Source: Pirellulales bacterium (lineage in GTDB: Bacteria > Planctomycetota > Planctomycetia > Pirellulales > PALSA-1355). Taken from it: 64,000 bases of DNA. The stretch is from the NCBI GenBank assembly GCA_963733035.1, contig CAVTBU010000005.1, positions 288,001-352,000 of the forward strand. The letters are read 5' to 3'. The position numbers and the translations under genes were made by a program. The notes under the pieces were generated by a model that saw nothing but the letters and a program-made list of their open reading frames with translations, was not told where the DNA came from and did not search any database. Within the stretch, counting starts at the first letter, position 1; each line of letters starts with the position of its first letter. This document shows, piece after piece, positions 53,606 through 63,401 of this stretch.

Positions 53606-54145
53606 TCAGTTGACGATCTCCTCGAGCGCCGCCGCGAACGCACCCAGTATGCCTTCGCTGAATAACACAAACCGTGCGTCTTCGATGGTTGGATCGCGCT
53701 CGAGAAACTCCTTGGTCGTCGCCAGTGCCACTCGACTGGCCTGGTCGACCGGGTAGCCGTAGATGCCACAAGAAATTGCCGGTAGGGCAATCGAGCGGCA
53801 GTCATGTTGGGCCGCCAGCTCGAGAGCCGCGCGATACGCACTGGCCAACAGCTCCGCTTCGCCCGCCCGGCCGCCATTCCAGCGCGGGCCGACAGCATGG
53901 ATGACGTAGCGGGCCGGCAGATCGCCTGCCGTGCTGATCACGGCCGAACCAGTTGGACACCCCGCGGGATAGCGGCGGTTGGTCTCCTCCATGATGGCAC
54001 GCCCGCCACGGCGATGGACCGCGCCGTCTACTCCGCCTCCTCCGACGAGACGGCTATTTGCCGCATTGACGATTGCATCGACATGCTGCTGCGTAATATC
54101 GCCGAGCGTGAGTTGGAGTGTGCGCCCCTGGATGTTGACCTGCAT
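53606..54145 (-). CDS. Macro domain O-acetyl-ADP-ribose deacetylase (YmdB-like)
   Basis: GDIT, VNAAN, GGGGVDGA, IHAVGP, PAISCGIYGYP. Confidence 0.93.
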   Translation of the reverse strand: MQVNIQGRTLQLTLGDITQQHVDAIVNAANSRLVGGGGVDGAVHRRGGRAIMEETNRRYPAGCPTGSAVISTAGDLPARYVIHAVGPRWNGGRAGEAELLASAYRAALELAAQHDCRSIALPAISCGIYGYPVDQASRVALATTKEFLERDPTIEDARFVLFSEGILGAFAAALEEIVN

Positions 54146-54286
54146 GGAGAAATCTCCTGCTTCAATTCCGGTCTATTTGCCCGGCCGGCAAGCGTCCCTG
54201 CGTGTTGGTACACTGGAAGTCGCGGGCGCGCTGCGACGCGCTGCGATGTCATGCGGCATTATAAACCCCTGCATCGATTGATCATC

Positions 54287-55198
54287 ATGCGAAGTTGGCT
54301 GACAATTGTAGTTATAAGTGGCGTCCTGGTCGGCACTGCAGTCGGGCGCGATATCTATGTGAGCAATTTGGGTGGCAACGACCGCCAGGACGGTAGCGCC
54401 ATGCAGTCGGTGCTCCCCGGGAGTGGACCCGTGCGAACCATCGGCGAAGCGCTGCGGCTGGCTCGCGCCGGTGATCGCATCGAGATTGCGAACACGGGCC
54501 GTCCCTACCGCGAAAGCCTGAGCCTCATCGGCCGTCGCCACGGCGGCAACGAGTTGGGGCCGCTTGTCATCGAAGGCCATGGCGCCGTACTTGATGGCAC
54601 CGTACGCATTCCCGACGATCAGTGGGAACACTACTCCCGCAGCGTCTTTGCCTACCGCCCAGCTCGGCTGGGGCATCAACAATTGTTTCTTGCCGGCCGC
54701 CCGGCCCGCCGACATCCGACGCCGAAAGAGTCGATCAAGCCGCCACCGCTGGCACCGCTCGAATGGTGCTTTTGGCGGGGGAAGATCTTGTTGCGCGTCG
54801 AGGAAGGCCGGCTGCCAGAAATGTACGACGCGTCGTGCTGCGGACTGCAAACGGGAATCACATTGTACTACGTCGACGACGTTTTAATTCGCAACTTGCT
54901 CGTGCAAGGCTTCGCGCAGGATGGCATTGCCGCGCACGACGTCGTCCGCAACACGAGGCTGGAAGCGATCACCTGCTGCGACAACGGCATGAGCGGCGTC
55001 TCGGTCCGTGGGGCCTCGCGGATCGAATTGGATGGCTGCCGCCTGTTTGGCAACGGTAAGTCGCAATTGCGTATCGAGGACTATGCTCACTGCTGGCTGT
55101 ACCGCTGCCAGCTGCCGTCCGATACGGCTCCGGCAATGCAGCGATTGGGCGGTGAAGTCAACGAGTCGGCAGAACCCTTCGCTCGAATTACGCCCTAA
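54287..55198 (+). CDS. Secreted right-handed parallel beta-helix protein
   Basis: Signal peptide, IYVSN..GND.DG, GPVRTI..AL..ARAGD, GI/NG beta-helix repeats. Confidence 0.8.
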   Translation: MRSWLTIVVISGVLVGTAVGRDIYVSNLGGNDRQDGSAMQSVLPGSGPVRTIGEALRLARAGDRIEIANTGRPYRESLSLIGRRHGGNELGPLVIEGHGAVLDGTVRIPDDQWEHYSRSVFAYRPARLGHQQLFLAGRPARRHPTPKESIKPPPLAPLEWCFWRGKILLRVEEGRLPEMYDASCCGLQTGITLYYVDDVLIRNLLVQGFAQDGIAAHDVVRNTRLEAITCCDNGMSGVSVRGASRIELDGCRLFGNGKSQLRIEDYAHCWLYRCQLPSDTAPAMQRLGGEVNESAEPFARITP

Positions 55199-55295
55199 CG
55201 CGTCAGCGGTTGGTGTCCCTTGGGAGATCGGCCGCGATTCGTTAGAATGCAAGCAATCGATCGCGCCGGGCCGAACATGTCTCAGCACGGTTGCC

Positions 55296-55324
55296 TTGAC
55301 AGTCCAGAGCGTGAATGATAGTTT
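55296..55324 (+). promoter_or_regulatory. sigma70 promoter of tRNA-Ala
   Basis: TTGACA-N17-TAGTTT with TGn extension, ~30 nt before the tRNA. Confidence 0.75.
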
Positions 55325-55355
55325 TCGGTGCTTTGGCAAACCGCCCAAAACCCAC

Positions 55356-55431
<76 letters not shown>

Positions 55432-55436
55432 GGAGC

Positions 55437-55483
55437 AAAAGCGGCTCATCGCGAAGACTCGCGGCGGGCCGCTTTTGATTTTT
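55437..55483 (+). terminator. Intrinsic terminator after tRNA-Ala (possibly bidirectional)
   Basis: AAAAGCGGCTC...GGGCCGCTTTT followed by GATTTTT. Confidence 0.8.
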
Positions 55484-55667
55484 CCCTCACGATTTGCTGG
55501 TGGCCTTTGAGCCCGCACCGGCCACTCGATCAGCTATGTCGGATTTGACGTGACGTTGCCGACGGCTGATGGCAACCGGTCATTGATGATTGCCCGGTTG
55601 CTCAGAGTTCATGTCGTGCCGGACGACGGCAAGCCGTGTTACGCGCGGATGTGGGTGAAACGAGTTC

Positions 55668-55966
55668 TCAAGCCACTTCGCTGATGAAGTCCTCGAATTT
55701 TCCTGTGCGGCTGCGGGAGATTTCGTCAACTCTCCGCACGGTCACTGAGAATCGATAACCCAGCGTCTGCTGCATGTAGGTTTGTACGCGTTGAACTTCG
55801 TCGGATGTGAAATCGTGATCACGGACCGCATGCACGTCTATCTGTTGGGGCGTGCGTTGGATGACTTGGAACTGATAAAACGGCGGGAGCTCCTCGGGGC
55901 GGTCTCCCGCGGTGAAAACGGGCCAACGACTAGATCCGTCGGGCATGATCAACAGATTACGCCGCC
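55668..55966 (-). pseudogene. 3' fragment of a phenylacetate-CoA ligase/CapK-like gene
   Basis: RRNLLIMPDG..WP, QFQVIQ, VDEISRSRTGKFEDF are the C-terminal subdomain only; the N-terminal domain is absent. Confidence 0.75.
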
Positions 55967-56418
55967 AGCATTGGGGCGACACGGCGTTGATGAAGCTGGG
56001 TGGCGAACTTGCCCTCTCCATGGCTGACCGAAGTCCGACGGAGCACTGGTACTGGTTCTTGATTTCGCAGGGTTACAAAACGTATCGATTCTTACCCATT
56101 TTTTTCCACGAGTTCTATCCGCGCTATGATGCGACGACGCCCGCCGCGATGCAGGACACGATCGACACGCTCGCGAGTTCGAAATATGGGAGCCAATACA
56201 GTCCGATCGACGGCGTCGTTCGCCCGACAGCTTCTCAATACCGCCTACGCGAAGGTGTCGCCGATGCCACCGAGGAACGTCGCCGCGACCCGCACGTCAA
56301 CTTCTTCGTCGAGAAGAATCCTGGCCACACGAGAGGAGAGGAACTGTGTTGCATCGCACCGCTTTCACGCAAAAACATGACGAAGGCAGCCCACCGAATT
56401 CTCAATTCAGGCGCATAG
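55960..56418 (+). pseudogene. 3' fragment of a GNAT-like hypothetical gene
   Basis: HWG..L, YWFLISQGYKTYRFLP.FF.EFYPR, DPHV.FF..NPGH..GEELCC. No credible start; the frame begins inside the opposite fragment. Confidence 0.6.
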
Positions 56419-56561
56419 CACCACGTTCTTGTCGTTGCGCGGGGTGGAACTAATGCTGTCTGGATGCCAAGTGGCCACGGCAAGGGCAACGTGAGCCAGC
56501 TTGACTAGCGCGCGTTCGACTGCTTGTCAAGCAGCCAGATCGGGCCAAGGGGTTGTTTTTT

Positions 56562-56608
56562 AAAAAAAACCAAACGCCAGCGCGCAAGGGTGCGCGCGGC
56601 GTTTGGTT
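56562..56608 (-). terminator. Terminator-like hairpin with T8 on the minus strand, overlapping the 5' end of the 6S candidate
   Basis: AACCAAACGCC-GCGCGCA / TGCGCGC-T-GGCGTTTGG followed by TTTTTTTT. Confidence 0.6.
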
Positions 56609-56771
56609 GGACGCTTTTCAAAAATAGAAGCGTGTCGTGCTCGGTTGAGCCGGGATTGGACTTTGAAAGTGGTTAATGGTTGGTCACTCCTCGGCCATCG
56701 ACCGAGCGGCGCGACACGCGGCATGCAGCACGAAGCACTCGTTTTACCAGTACGTCAAGTGACGGCAGCTT
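56586..56771 (+). ncRNA. ssrS: 6S RNA candidate
   Basis: ~186-nt rod folded by hand: closing stem, 13+13-nt central bubble with A-rich 5' side, terminal stem 56630-56719. G-U pairs favour the + strand. AGAA-GCGTGTCG / CGACAC resemble E. coli 6S elements. Confidence 0.72.
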
Positions 56772-57201
56772 CCGCCACCGCCAAGCCAGGCTAAAAAACC
56801 TTCGTGCGGCAAAGACAGCCAGACCTGCCGCGCAAGTTGCAGCGCCGTGGTACCCCGGCGCCGTCGTATTGCGGCAAGCGGCGAACATGTGGACGCAAGC
56901 GAACCCCGTAATCCTCGTGCCGCCGAAACGTGTCGGCGGGGATGGGCAGGTTCCAAAGACAAGACAACCAAGGTCCCAGGCTTGTTGCTCGTCCACACGT
57001 CGCAGGCCATCCGACCGCGGGTGAGTATGCCGCAGGTGCTGGCCCGATTTCAAGCGCGAGAATTCTTGGATTGTCGGAAGGCGATTATTTGCTGAGGGAT
57101 CGGCGTTGCGCTTGACGGGCTAACCAAAGCATGGAGGCACGGCCAAGCATATGCGACGCCGACGTACTCCTACCGGATCGTGGAAAAAATCCGCGTTGCA
57201 A

Positions 57202-57918
57202 CTACTTGCGCCGCCCGTCGGCGCCTCTTGCGGAAACGGCCGGAGCCGGTTCCATGGCCTTGCCGACCGACTCTACTTGCTTGCCGAGGTTTTCAAACCC
57301 CTTGCCGACTTCATCCACCCCGTAGCTCATGCCCTTAACCAGCCTGGCGGAAATCGAGCGGACGTCTTTGGCCACGGTCTGCGTTGCGGCCTGAACTTCC
57401 TGTCCGCTCAGCTGAGCCGCATGCTCCAGGTTGTCAACCGCCGCCCGCAATTGCTCGCCGGTTCGCTCGGCTCGCTTTTGCAACCATGACCGTTCGGCCA
57501 TCAGGTAGTGATGACGCGACAAGCGATGCAGGGCGCGAGCCATCGGTCGATCGAGTTCTTGCACCGAGTCCACCTTTCCATTCTCGACACGGTGCGCCAG
57601 CGACTCCAACTCGTCGGCCGAGTGATTGAGCGGGGGCCCGGTCACGTCGCCGGACTGATTTGACTCGGAACGCAGTATCGTGGCAGCCTTCCGCAACCGC
57701 TTGGCGGTCGCTCCCAAGTCGACGGTCAGGAACGACTCTCGGGCCATGCCAAGTTGCAGGCCAGGTTCGTCGGACAGAGTGTCCGGCGAGTCCTCGTGAA
57801 CGAGGATTGGTTTCTGGGAAGCCTTTGCGTCGGCCGATGCGGTTGGTTCGGTGGCCAGGGAGGCAGCGGCAACGATATGCAAGGCACCAACGGCAAGAAT
57901 AAAAATGGAGCGTGTCAT
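57202..57918 (-). CDS. Secreted alpha-helical hypothetical protein
   Basis: AAGGAGG SD, signal peptide, repeated AxxxLxxAAxxL helices. Confidence 0.7.
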   Translation of the reverse strand: MTRSIFILAVGALHIVAAASLATEPTASADAKASQKPILVHEDSPDTLSDEPGLQLGMARESFLTVDLGATAKRLRKAATILRSESNQSGDVTGPPLNHSADELESLAHRVENGKVDSVQELDRPMARALHRLSRHHYLMAERSWLQKRAERTGEQLRAAVDNLEHAAQLSGQEVQAATQTVAKDVRSISARLVKGMSYGVDEVGKGFENLGKQVESVGKAMEPAPAVSARGADGRRK

Positions 57919-58302
57919 GGCGCCTCCTTGAGCGTGCAGAATTGAGGGGTGCGAGTCCGTGCCCGAATCGTGGGAACGGTAGGGTAGCACTAAGATCGTG
58001 TCAATCGAGAACCTGTTCCGCCAGGGTCGTCGCTTCGGTGGCGTCTGGGCCCTTTTGTCGACCGGTGGCGGACACGCCCTGCCGCACACTTGTGTGCGGA
58101 TGTGCAGCATGGCGGTCAATTCAAATGGCGAATTGGGGGCCACATTGTCGCGGTTTCGCGTCCAGCGTGAATGGCACGCCGCTTGCTAGAATTTGCACGC
58201 ATTGGGGTAACTTGATGAAACACGGTCAAGTAGGCGGTCGCTCAACGACCAAGGTAAGGAACGGTCATGCCCCCCCTGCCATGCGAATATGGAATCAAGG
58301 CA

Positions 58303-58482
58303 ATGAGCGAACACGAAGAGCGCTGTGAGATATCCGGAGTTTACTTCGGTAGCGGCGGATGCGGCCATGCGACCGAGGTCAAGATTGCTCGGGACCAGCA
58401 ATTCCCGGACTGCAAGATTTGCGGCAAAGAACTAAATTGGACTCTCCTGCGGCCGATGGAAGTTCGACAGGACGATTTTTAG
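58303..58482 (+). CDS. Small Cys-rich zinc-ribbon/YjzC-like protein
   Basis: CEISGVY..CGH..FPDCKICG..W in 59 aa; AAGG upstream. Confidence 0.6.
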   Translation: MSEHEERCEISGVYFGSGGCGHATEVKIARDQQFPDCKICGKELNWTLLRPMEVRQDDF

Positions 58483-58584
58483 TCTGGCACGTGAGACAAC
58501 CCTCAAGGGTTCTGCCCGAAGGTTGAAAAACCTTTGTCGATCGCTTGCGCAGGCAACCGCTCTGTGGTTCGCGGCTGGACAAAT

Positions 58585-59460
58585 TTAGTCGCGGCGCCGC
58601 GGCTTCTTATCCGGCGGAGCCTGACTATAGTCGCCGAAGGGGGCGTCTCGCTCGGTCACGGCTGCTCGTACGCCTTGCTGTTCGGCCGTTCGCACGAACG
58701 CGCGTCCTTCGGGTGTATTGCGCATGATGCCGTCGAGGATTGTGCCCAGGTATTGCGTGCCCTGCAGGCCCATGTTGTCATAGGCCTGGTTGACCACCAA
58801 CTTCATGGCGGCCAGCTGCGTGGCGGGAATGCGCGCCAAGCGGTCGGCCCAATAGCGAGCCTTCTCGTCGAGTTCTTCGAGAGGGTAGGCGAAGTTGATC
58901 AATCCAACGTCGGCCGCCTCCGTGCCTGACAGGGACTCGCCAGTAAGGGCATAGAATTTTGCGCGCGTGAGTCCCAAGCGGTAAATCCACATGCCGGTTA
59001 GGTGGCAACCCCAGACCCGGGCGTAGGGAGTTCCGAAGCGGGCGTCTCTCGAGGCGATGACCAGGTCGGCGAGCAGCGCCATTTCCGAACCGCCGCCGAC
59101 GCACCAGCCGTGCACCTTGGCAATGACCGGTTTCGAGCTTCGCCAAAGGTGCATGAACGTAGGAATCGGCGCAGTGTAGGGATTCGTCACTTGGATGACG
59201 TCCATGCCCGGGTCGTATCCCTGCTCGGCCAGCCCTTCGTATTGCTTGAGACCGTCGGAGAAATCGAAACCAGCACAGAACGAATCTCCCGCCCCTTCGA
59301 GCACGATCACGCGCACGGCGGCATCGTGCTGCGCGTCGGCCAGGGCGGCGTCCATTTCCTGCCACATCACAGGGTGCAGGGCGTTGTACTTGTCGGGTCG
59401 ATTGAGGGTGATCGTGGCAACGCGGTCTTGCTTGGCGAATCGGATCATTTCAAACGACAT
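58585..59460 (-). CDS. Crotonase/enoyl-CoA hydratase family protein
   Basis: ITLNRPDKYNAL, FCAGFD, KPVIAKVHGWCVGGG. Confidence 0.93.
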   Translation of the reverse strand: MSFEMIRFAKQDRVATITLNRPDKYNALHPVMWQEMDAALADAQHDAAVRVIVLEGAGDSFCAGFDFSDGLKQYEGLAEQGYDPGMDVIQVTNPYTAPIPTFMHLWRSSKPVIAKVHGWCVGGGSEMALLADLVIASRDARFGTPYARVWGCHLTGMWIYRLGLTRAKFYALTGESLSGTEAADVGLINFAYPLEELDEKARYWADRLARIPATQLAAMKLVVNQAYDNMGLQGTQYLGTILDGIMRNTPEGRAFVRTAEQQGVRAAVTERDAPFGDYSQAPPDKKPRRRD

Positions 59461-59599
59461 CGAAGTGCTCCAGCGGATGAGCTCTGGGCCGAGCGGTGAG
59501 ACGCAAGACGTGGGGCGCCGTATTGTAGGCGGTTTGCGGCGGAAGCTTCAAGCGCGCCGGAGCGATCGCCGACTTGAATCGATGAACCTGAGCGCTGCA

Positions 59600-60340
59600 T
59601 TAGGTCTTTACGCAATCGATCAGAATGGCGCTCGGCTTGTCGAGAAACTCTCGCCAGTACGCACCCCCGTCTTTGGCCTCGACGTTTGGGTCGAGCGACG
59701 GCCGATGGACCTGAAACTGGCAAAAACCCGCGTCCTCGAACGCCGCCTGGTACGCTTCGATGGGAAGGTAGTAGTTCTGAATCTCCAGCGTCGAGTCGTC
59801 TAGGTGAATCAACCAATCGATGGGAGCGCCCTCATAAGCCTGGTCGGCCAGACGTATGTCAAACCCATACTTTCGATAGTCGGGTTGTTTGAAATCATAC
59901 ACATTGGGATTCGTGGTGTACGTTACAAATCGTCCTCCCGGCTTCAGTAGTCGTGCGAGCCCCCGACACATTTGGCCGAGCTCTTGCCGGTCATGGGCAT
60001 ACACCAATAGCCACGCCGCCACCACCAGGTCGTAGTCACGCCGCGGCTCCTCGGCGCGAGCATCCTCGACGAGGTACTCGATGCCCACCGGGTCGGTCAT
60101 CTCCTGAGCGCGCGCCAACTCGATCATCATTTCTGAGATATCGAGTCCCAAGACTCTTGCTGCCCCTGCCTGCCGGAGCTTCCGCGTGAAGTATCCCTCT
60201 CCACAAGCCACGTCGACGACGGCTTTACCGTTTAGGTCTCCAATGAGCTCCATGAACGAATATGCTTCCACCGCCGAACGCCAAGGTTGCTGTTTGGCCT
60301 TCTTATACTGCTGGCTGATGAAGTTGTAGTCAGTCGTCAT
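59600..60340 (-). CDS. Class I SAM-dependent methyltransferase
   Basis: VVDVACGEG, GLDIS..MI, LKPGGRF. Confidence 0.9.
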   Translation of the reverse strand: MTTDYNFISQQYKKAKQQPWRSAVEAYSFMELIGDLNGKAVVDVACGEGYFTRKLRQAGAARVLGLDISEMMIELARAQEMTDPVGIEYLVEDARAEEPRRDYDLVVAAWLLVYAHDRQELGQMCRGLARLLKPGGRFVTYTTNPNVYDFKQPDYRKYGFDIRLADQAYEGAPIDWLIHLDDSTLEIQNYYLPIEAYQAAFEDAGFCQFQVHRPSLDPNVEAKDGGAYWREFLDKPSAILIDCVKT

Positions 60341-60673
60341 GGTCGTTCCGTTTGGTCTGGCGGTCAACTGGCGCGTCCACGCGGCAAGGCCAACCTAGTG
60401 CCGTCGTGGTGGGGCTCGTCGCGGCCCAGGGACTGAAATTGTAGCGTGTGGCCGTGAGTTGTGTCGCGACGAATCACCGTAGCCTGTCAATTGGATGCGA
60501 TTGACAGCATGTGAACCGAAATCGCCGGCAACGTGGCCGGTAAATGTCGTTTCACGCGGCTTGTTCGACCGCCGCGGCTTGCCGTTCGAGCGGATTGTTG
60601 CAATTGCGCTTCAGGAGTTGCACACTACAAGCGGGTTGTAGCTTGTACGCGGGATCTACAAGGGAGCTTGGCA

Positions 60674-62074
60674 ATGAAACGTGGTGCGCTGGGTGTGTTG
60701 GGCTTTGCATGTGTTTTCGTTTTGCTCCTGGTGCCAGCCGTAGCCGCGGACTTGCGGCTGGCCGCGGGCGTGGCGACGGTTGACATTACCCCCGAGCCTG
60801 GGCTGCGGATGTGGGGATATAGCAATCGCACCAGCGGCGCGACCGGAACGCTCGATCCGCTGATGGCGAAATGCGTCGTGCTCAAGGTTGGCGATGCGTC
60901 GGCGGCAATCGTCACGCTTGATTTGGGCCGCGTCCCGGAGCCAGCGGTGCTGGAAAAGGTTCGCCAGCGGACGATTACCGAATGTGGAATTAAGAATCTG
61001 TTCATCACGGCCAGCCACACGCATGCGGCGCCCAGCGTCGAGAGTATGCCCGACAGTCCGAACCGGTTTGGAGAACAGGTTGGAGCGCAGATTGGCGACA
61101 TCATCGTCAAAGCATCCGCGTCCACCGAGCCGGTGCGAATTGGCGTGGGTCGCGGGGCGGCGGATCTGGCGCACAACCGTCGGAAGTTTCTGCCCGACGG
61201 ACGCGTGGCGATGCAGTGGCGGAACGTCGAGCGCGAGCCGACCGCGCCGGTGGATAAAGAGTTCGCAGTGATTCGGCTCGATCGCGCCGACGGGAAACCC
61301 CTGGCGGTGCTCTTTCACTACGCCTGCCATCCGGTCGTACTGGGCTCCGACAATTTGCAATATAGCGCCGATTTTGTCGGCGAGGCGTGCAAGACAGTGA
61401 CCAGCGAATTGGCGGCACCGTGCCTGTTTCTGCAGGGTGCGTGCGGCAACATCAACCCGTATGTGGACAAGACGCCGCTCGCCGAAGGTGGGATCGCCGA
61501 GATGCGGAAGATGGGGCACGAGCTCGGTGGACTGCTGCTGGCGACCGCGCGCGACGTAAAGACCGCGCCACCCGAGGCGCCGTCACTGCAGTTCGACGCT
61601 CAGGTCATTCCGATCCGCACGCGGTGGGATATCGAGGCGCCCGAGGTCCGGGCTGTCCTGAGCAAGGCCTACGGCGCCCGGTTCGACAACTACATTGCCC
61701 ACACGATCGAGAACAACATCGTCCCTTGCACGCTGACATCGCTTTTGATCGACGGAAACTTGGCGCTAGTCGGCATGCCGGGCGAGCTGTTCGTGCAGTT
61801 CCAGACCGACCTGAAACAGCGATCGCCGGTGCGCGATACGTTTTTAGTCGGCTACACGGCCGGCTACCAGGCCTACTTCCCGACGATTCGCGACGCCGCC
61901 GCCGGCGGTTACGGCGGCAAGACAGCCACTTACGTCGAGCCTGGCGCCGGCGAACGGCTCACCGATGCGGCGTTGGTCGAGCTGTATCAGATGAAAGATC
62001 AATTGCACGATGTGCCGCGTGCGGAGGATTTTCGTTTGCTGGAGTATGACGCGGTGCGCGCGACGGGTCGGTAA
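60674..62074 (+). CDS. Neutral/alkaline ceramidase N-terminal domain protein
   Basis: VDITP, MWGY..R, ASHTHAAP, YACHP, SADF, QGACGNINP, PGELF; GGGAG SD; signal peptide. Confidence 0.88.
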   Translation: MKRGALGVLGFACVFVLLLVPAVAADLRLAAGVATVDITPEPGLRMWGYSNRTSGATGTLDPLMAKCVVLKVGDASAAIVTLDLGRVPEPAVLEKVRQRTITECGIKNLFITASHTHAAPSVESMPDSPNRFGEQVGAQIGDIIVKASASTEPVRIGVGRGAADLAHNRRKFLPDGRVAMQWRNVEREPTAPVDKEFAVIRLDRADGKPLAVLFHYACHPVVLGSDNLQYSADFVGEACKTVTSELAAPCLFLQGACGNINPYVDKTPLAEGGIAEMRKMGHELGGLLLATARDVKTAPPEAPSLQFDAQVIPIRTRWDIEAPEVRAVLSKAYGARFDNYIAHTIENNIVPCTLTSLLIDGNLALVGMPGELFVQFQTDLKQRSPVRDTFLVGYTAGYQAYFPTIRDAAAGGYGGKTATYVEPGAGERLTDAALVELYQMKDQLHDVPRAEDFRLLEYDAVRATGR

Positions 62075-62266
62075 CGGCGAGGATGTGCCCTCCTTTGATT
62101 GGCCGCCACACGGGTTGCTCTCCCGGCATTATCGCCTTCCATTAGACGCCGCCACCGCGTCCGTCTATAAAGGACCGTGCCGCGGGATGACGCGCTTCGC
62201 ACTTGTAGACACGTCGCGCAACCGCGGGTCGTGCCCCCCTGCCCTTACGGACTTGGACTTCACCTC

Positions 62267-63352
62267 ATGGAACCTCCTTCCACGCCGGCTTTGATCGTCG
62301 ATGGTGAAACGACGCTACGGAATCTCACGCGCATGGCGGAATATGGCGTGGAGCATGAAGTTGATATTCGGCCGCATACCAAGACGCACAAGTCGCGACA
62401 ATTGGCCGATCTGCAGATGGGGCTGGGAGCCGTGGGGCTCACGGCGGCAAAAGTGGGCGAGGCGGAACTCATGGCCGAGGTGGCCGACGACATCCTGCTG
62501 GCATATCCGGCCATCGACCCGACTCGAACCGCGCGCCTCGGACATCTGGCCGGACACGTGACGCTACGGGTGGCGGCCGATTCGCTGGAAGGCATCAAGC
62601 GGCTGGGCGCGGCGGCCAATCGAGCCAAAACGACCATCGGCATTCTCGTGGATCTCGATGTCGGCATGGGACGCACCGGCGTGCAAACCGCCAACGAAGC
62701 CCTCAAGCTCGCGCAATGCGTCGATGCCACGCCGGGCGTACGACTTGACGGACTGTTTTGCTATCCGGGCCACATCCAGCAGCCGCCCGACCAACAAGCC
62801 GACGCGTTAGACGCCGTTTCGCGAAAGCTCGGCAAAACTCTCGAACTCTGGGCGGCGCACGGCCTGGAAGCGCGGATTGTTTCGGGTGGATCGAGTCCGA
62901 CGGCATACCAATCGCACCTGGTGCCCGAATACACCGAGATCCGACCAGGCACGTATATCTACAACGATATGAACGGCGTGCGCGGTGGATTTTGCCGTCT
63001 GGAGGATTGTGCCGCCCGCATCTTATGCACCGTGGTTAGCACCGCCGTGCCCGGACAGGTGGTCATCGATGCAGGCACAAAGACGCTCACCAGCGACAAG
63101 TGCGGACCACTGCCCGACAGCGGTCACGGCTACATCGTCGAGTATCCCGAGGCTGTGATCAACAAGCTGACCGAGGAGCACGGGCAGGTTGACATTCGTA
63201 CGTGTGCCAGCGTGCCGAAGATCGGCGAGCGGTTGACGGTGATCCCAAACCACATCTGCCCTTGCGTCAACTTGCAGGACAGCGTCTGGTGGCGCGATGA
63301 AAACGGCGAGCTGGTGGAACTGGCGATCGACGCTCGCGGGTTGCTGGTCTAA
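62267..63352 (+). CDS. Fold-type III PLP enzyme (D-threonine aldolase/D-serine dehydratase family)
   Basis: TPAL, RPHTKTHK, RTGV, EIRPGTY, DAGTK, EEHG, PNHIC. Confidence 0.92.
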   Translation: MEPPSTPALIVDGETTLRNLTRMAEYGVEHEVDIRPHTKTHKSRQLADLQMGLGAVGLTAAKVGEAELMAEVADDILLAYPAIDPTRTARLGHLAGHVTLRVAADSLEGIKRLGAAANRAKTTIGILVDLDVGMGRTGVQTANEALKLAQCVDATPGVRLDGLFCYPGHIQQPPDQQADALDAVSRKLGKTLELWAAHGLEARIVSGGSSPTAYQSHLVPEYTEIRPGTYIYNDMNGVRGGFCRLEDCAARILCTVVSTAVPGQVVIDAGTKTLTSDKCGPLPDSGHGYIVEYPEAVINKLTEEHGQVDIRTCASVPKIGERLTVIPNHICPCVNLQDSVWWRDENGELVELAIDARGLLV

Positions 63353-63401
63353 ACAGGATAGGACATCGGTTAGACGATTCGGCACGGTTCGCCACAGAAT
63401 G

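Noticed and set aside
56619..56699. Minus-strand mini-ORF ending RFYF before a terminator (aromatic amino acid attenuator)
   Set aside because: Requires an ATT start or TGA read-through, has no downstream gene to regulate, and the region is better explained as antisense to the 6S candidate.
56673..57053. 126-aa minus-strand ORF and overlapping plus-strand ORFs
   Set aside because: No recognisable motifs or SD; they overlap the structured RNA.
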